From contig CAKKNE010000002.1 of the NCBI GenBank assembly GCA_918797485.1, positions 3,782,001-3,846,000 on the forward strand: DNA of 64,000 nt, in the 5' to 3' direction. The notes beneath the pieces are model-generated. The model was given only the letters and a program-made list of their open reading frames with translations, made no database searches and was not told the DNA's origin. Shown here piece by piece: positions 60,408-64,000 of this stretch. This stretch comes from Pelagomonas calceolata. Lineage: Eukaryota. The first letter of the stretch is position 1. Each line of letters starts with the position of its first letter. The position numbers were made by a program, and so were the translations under genes.

Positions 60408-62423
60408 TTAAGCTACTAATATACTCTCGGGCTCCGCGGCGGCCTCGACCTGGGCCTCAAGCCTTGCCCGCCGCGCCGCGCCCCGCCTTCTAAGCCGCTC
60501 CAAGCGCGCGTTCGACCGCTCCTTCTCGTTCGTCGTCTGGCCGACGTCGACGCGCCACGCGGGGGTGTGGCCGCGCTTCGCGAACGGCGCGTTGTAGTTG
60601 GGCAGCGACTCCTCCGAGGGGCGCCGCGCGGGGCCGGGGATGAGCGGCGCCGGGGGCGTCCGCGACCGCGGCGTCGCGTCCCGCGAGACGACGCGCGACG
60701 GCGGCGGCGGGTCGCGGCGGGGGCGGCGGTCGGGCGCGGCCGTCGCCGCGCGCGCGGGCCGCGGCGCGGCCGGCGCGACGGGCTCCGGCGACGGCGGGGC
60801 CGGCCGGACGGCGGCCCGCCGCCCGCCGACGAAGGACGGCGCCGTGCGCGGCGGCGCCCGCCGCCGCAGCGCCTCGAGGGGCGGCCCGTCGGCGAAGCCG
60901 GCCGGCCGGCCGCCGAACATGGCCGCCTTGCGGCTCCGCCGCGCCTTCTGGTCCCGCTCCTTGCAGAAGAGGAACGGGTCCGCGGCCTCGACGCCCAAGT
61001 GGTGGTCCTCCTCCCGCGCGCGGCGCGCGCGCTCGAAGGCCTGGAGGCGCGCCGGCGGGACGTTCGAACTCCGATCTACGGGCGTCGGCGAAGCCGGCGG
61101 CGCGACCTCCGGCGCGGCAACTGGAGCCGGTGGCGGCTCGCGAGGCGACTCCACCATTTTCCGCGGCACGGCCTCGCGGAGCCGCTGGACGAGCGCCGCC
61201 ACGTCGCGCTCGCAGCGCTCGATGTCGGCCGCGCGCTGCTTCGCCTGGGCGAGCTCGCGCGGCGTCAGGCCGCTGTCGGCGTCCCGCAGCGCGGCGGCGG
61301 CCCGCAAGTTCGTCAGGTGCGTCCGGCGCCTTCGCAATAAAGCCTCGAGCCGCCGCGCGTCGCGCGCCGTTTTGGGGGGCGAGACCTCGGGCGTCGGTGG
61401 CAGCGCGACGGGCTTTGGAGGCGGCGTCGCCGGCTTTGGCGGGGGCTTCGCCGGCGACGCCGGCGGCGACTCGTAGGCCTTCTCGCCCAGCGTCACCGTG
61501 GCCCCGCTCCGCCGGTCCTCGCAGACCTGAACTAGTTTCTGCACCGTCGGCCGCGCCCGACCGTCGACTCTCAAGCACATGGAGACGACCTCCTTCAGGA
61601 GCGACGAGTAGTGGTCCCCGAGGGGCTCGAAGGCGCCCGCCTTGATGGTCTTGGCCAAAGCTACCAGGTTGTTGGCCGTGAACGGCGGCTGCAACGCGCA
61701 CAGCTCGTACAAGACCACGCCCAAACTCCACACGTCCGTCTTCGCGTCGTAGGGCGTCCCGTCGCAGATCTCGGGCGACGCGTAGAGCGGCGTGCCGAAC
61801 ATGGTCCTTAACATAATCGTGTTCTCCGAGCACTCCCGCGACACCCCCAAGTCCGCGACGCGGAGGTTCGGGTCCTTCGGCAATGGCGCCAGGCCCCGCG
61901 GGACGCCGCGCTCCTCGAAGACCTCTCGCGACGTCGGCGAGACCAAAACATTCAACGCCTTGATGTCTCGATGCACGACCTTCTGCTCGTGTAAAGCTAA
62001 TAAACCGCGGCAGACCTGCTCGAAGGCGAGCCAGACCCAGTCCTCCGGTAGAAAGTAGGCCCGGTCACCTAATGTTCTTCGCTTGAGTAGCTGAGCTAAA
62101 TCACCTCCTGCCGCGTAGTCCAGGACCACGTACAGGCGCGCGCGTTCCCAGAAGTGCCCGTGGCAGCCGATGAGGTGCGGGTGCCGCCCGACGCGCCTTA
62201 ACAAATTGGCCTCGTGGTCCGCAGGCGCCCGCTTCCCCAGCTCCGCGACGCGCCTCTCTTTCAACACGAGAATCTTCTTGTCGCTCCGCCGTCGGACTTT
62301 GTATACCGCGCCCGTATTTGAGCGGAACAACTCCTCAATTATGATGTAGTCCTTCAGCGTGTGCTTGGCGCAGGGGTTGTCCCGGACCTTGTCCCTATCC
62401 AGGGCGAAGGGCGGCGCGCCCAT
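60408..62423 (-). CDS. NIMA-related (NEK) Ser/Thr kinase
   Basis: VLKE, YAAGGDL, HRDIKALN, DLG, GTPLYASPE, PYDAKTDVWSLGVVLYELC; low-complexity C-terminal tail. Confidence 0.88.
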   Translation of the reverse strand: MGAPPFALDRDKVRDNPCAKHTLKDYIIIEELFRSNTGAVYKVRRRSDKKILVLKERRVAELGKRAPADHEANLLRRVGRHPHLIGCHGHFWERARLYVVLDYAAGGDLAQLLKRRTLGDRAYFLPEDWVWLAFEQVCRGLLALHEQKVVHRDIKALNVLVSPTSREVFEERGVPRGLAPLPKDPNLRVADLGVSRECSENTIMLRTMFGTPLYASPEICDGTPYDAKTDVWSLGVVLYELCALQPPFTANNLVALAKTIKAGAFEPLGDHYSSLLKEVVSMCLRVDGRARPTVQKLVQVCEDRRSGATVTLGEKAYESPPASPAKPPPKPATPPPKPVALPPTPEVSPPKTARDARRLEALLRRRRTHLTNLRAAAALRDADSGLTPRELAQAKQRAADIERCERDVAALVQRLREAVPRKMVESPREPPPAPVAAPEVAPPASPTPVDRSSNVPPARLQAFERARRAREEDHHLGVEAADPFLFCKERDQKARRSRKAAMFGGRPAGFADGPPLEALRRRAPPRTAPSFVGGRRAAVRPAPPSPEPVAPAAPRPARAATAAPDRRPRRDPPPPSRVVSRDATPRSRTPPAPLIPGPARRPSEESLPNYNAPFAKRGHTPAWRVDVGQTTNEKERSNARLERLRRRGAARRARLEAQVEAAAEPESILVA

Positions 62424-62671
62424 CGCGGCTCGTCGACCGGCGGCTAGGTTGTCCTTGATAAAAACTACCGGCTGCAGTCGCCGAGCAGCAGCCGCGGGCA
62501 GCCTCGGGCAGCCTCGGACAGCCTCGATGGCGTCTCGCAACGCAGCGGCGTCGCGTCAACGCCGTCGAAATGCCGCAACGGCGCCGCCGCGCTGTGCCTA
62601 ACGTGCGGGGTGATCAGTTTGCGGCGCCCAAGCGTACGTTTGGCCGCGCCGCGGCCACCGCGGCTCCAGCC

Positions 62672-64000
62672 ATGGTGGAAATGGCGGACGAGGGTGCGAC
62701 GGCCGCCGGGGCCGCCGCCGACGCCGAGCTGGCCCGCGCGGCGGAGCTCAAAGCCCAAGCAACAAACCACCACAAACAAGGCGAGTACGCCGAGGCCATC
62801 GCGGCCTACGACGAAGCGTTGCAATGCTACGCCGAGCCCGTGGACCCCATGGACCCCAGCCACTGGGGCGAGACGCCGGACCAACGAGCCCAGCGCGAAC
62901 TAGACGAGCTCGAGCGCCTGATGGGTGATACAAGGGAAGAAATGGGCCTGCCGCGGAAGCCGCTGACGGATCCTAATGCGAGAAAACACAAGGTACCTCT
63001 TAGGAAGCGACGAATCCCCGGCGCGAAGCGGTCCAAGATGTACGCGCGGCTGTCGAACCACCACCTCTGCAACACTGGTAAACATTTCTGCTGCGCGGCG
63101 TCGCTGGGCCCGAAGGGCGGGCCCGAGGCTATGATGGAAGCGGTTGCAGCGCGGCGGGAGAGAGGAGAGAAGGCTAGAAAAGCGTGGAATAGAATAGATC
63201 TGCGCCGCACGCGCGGGACTGACGACGGGCCCGGCCCGGCGGCTTATGTCAATAGAGCGACGCGGTTCGGGGACGTAGCGACGGAAGTTGCTCCTCCAAA
63301 AAATCGGAAGCGGCCCGCGCCGCCGGACGAGAAGCCTTGTGCGGTGTGCTACGACCACTGCTGGTACGGATGTGGGTGCGCGTGCCACGACTCGGACGGT
63401 GGCGAATTATCCGAAGAGGACGAGGAGGCGAGCGACGGCGAAGTGCTCTCAACGGAAATTCCGTTGCCGGCGCGCGACGGACCGCGTCCTTCAAAACCAA
63501 CGCCGCCGCGGTGGCTCCGCCAGCTGCTCGGAAGAGAGGAGGAAGACTTTGAGGTGGCGCTGCGGGACTTGGAAATCGCGCTCCGGAGGCCGCCGTCGCT
63601 GCCCGACGAGGGAAACGAGAGGGAATGTCTCGTGGTCGCCCGCTATTTAAAAGCCGCCGGGCCGGACGCGGCGGCGTGGCTCGAGTTGGATGAAGAGACG
63701 CTCCGGCTGCGGTTGTCGGGGCAGGTCAGCCTCCACGATCTCCGGGACGTTTGTGGAGGCGCCTTGTCGTGGTCGGCGCTGCGCGCCGCGTCGTTAAGGA
63801 CGGTACTGGCGCCAAAACGCGTCGCGCGGCGCGTCAACGCTTCGATAAGAGCGGCCAAGGGCCGCGTCGCCGATGTCTTTGCGAGGGCCTGCGACGACGG
63901 TATTTGTAAGGCCCGCGCGCTGGCCGAGGCGCTGGCGCCGCTCGCGGGGCCCTTCGTTCGCAACGACGCGTTATGTGCGGCCGAGGCGCGACCTGCGGAA
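62672..64000 (+). CDS. Partial hypothetical protein with N-terminal TPR-like motif, running off the right edge
   Basis: Open frame from ATG 62672 to the window end: AAELKAQATNHHKQGEYAEAIAAYDEAL, Cys cluster CAVCYDHCWYGCGCACH. Confidence 0.6.
   Translation, partial: MVEMADEGATAAGAAADAELARAAELKAQATNHHKQGEYAEAIAAYDEALQCYAEPVDPMDPSHWGETPDQRAQRELDELERLMGDTREEMGLPRKPLTDPNARKHKVPLRKRRIPGAKRSKMYARLSNHHLCNTGKHFCCAASLGPKGGPEAMMEAVAARRERGEKARKAWNRIDLRRTRGTDDGPGPAAYVNRATRFGDVATEVAPPKNRKRPAPPDEKPCAVCYDHCWYGCGCACHDSDGGELSEEDEEASDGEVLSTEIPLPARDGPRPSKPTPPRWLRQLLGREEEDFEVALRDLEIALRRPPSLPDEGNERECLVVARYLKAAGPDAAAWLELDEETLRLRLSGQVSLHDLRDVCGGALSWSALRAASLRTVLAPKRVARRVNASIRAAKGRVADVFARACDDGICKARALAEALAPLAGPFVRNDALCAAEARPAE

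Noticed and set aside
1..64000. Numerous long Arg/Ala/Pro/Gly-rich overlapping ORFs (e.g. 5676-7277, 11825-13315, 23674-25323, 55272-57077)
   Set aside because: Expected shadow ORFs from very high GC3, overlapping better-supported genes.

Overview
GC-rich, gene-dense, intron-poor eukaryotic nuclear DNA. Gene content (DRC4/GAS8, signal-peptide-bearing Tic22, E(z), eIF3e, importin-5, Mon1, NEK) and introner-type introns suggest a pelagophyte alga (Pelagomonas/Aureococcus-like; inference). About 30 host genes are recognisable. The main finding is a ~5.3 kb DNA transposon (377-5670) bounded by imperfect CAC-starting terminal inverted repeats. It encodes a frameshifted transposase with the ordered catalytic and zinc-binding motifs of the RAG1/Transib family, plus a second, tail-to-tail gene. 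That gene does not look like RAG2 and appears to contain a BAH-like chromatin-reader domain. Also present are three introner elements with 8-bp target-site duplications that create spliceable introns, two hAT-like MITEs with perfect 8-bp TSDs, and two dispersed ankyrin copies sharing a 3' tail. Further observations are a possible EgtC-like/methyltransferase fusion and a possible metal-homeostasis neighbourhood. All protein calls come from motif recognition by eye; no database searches were run.
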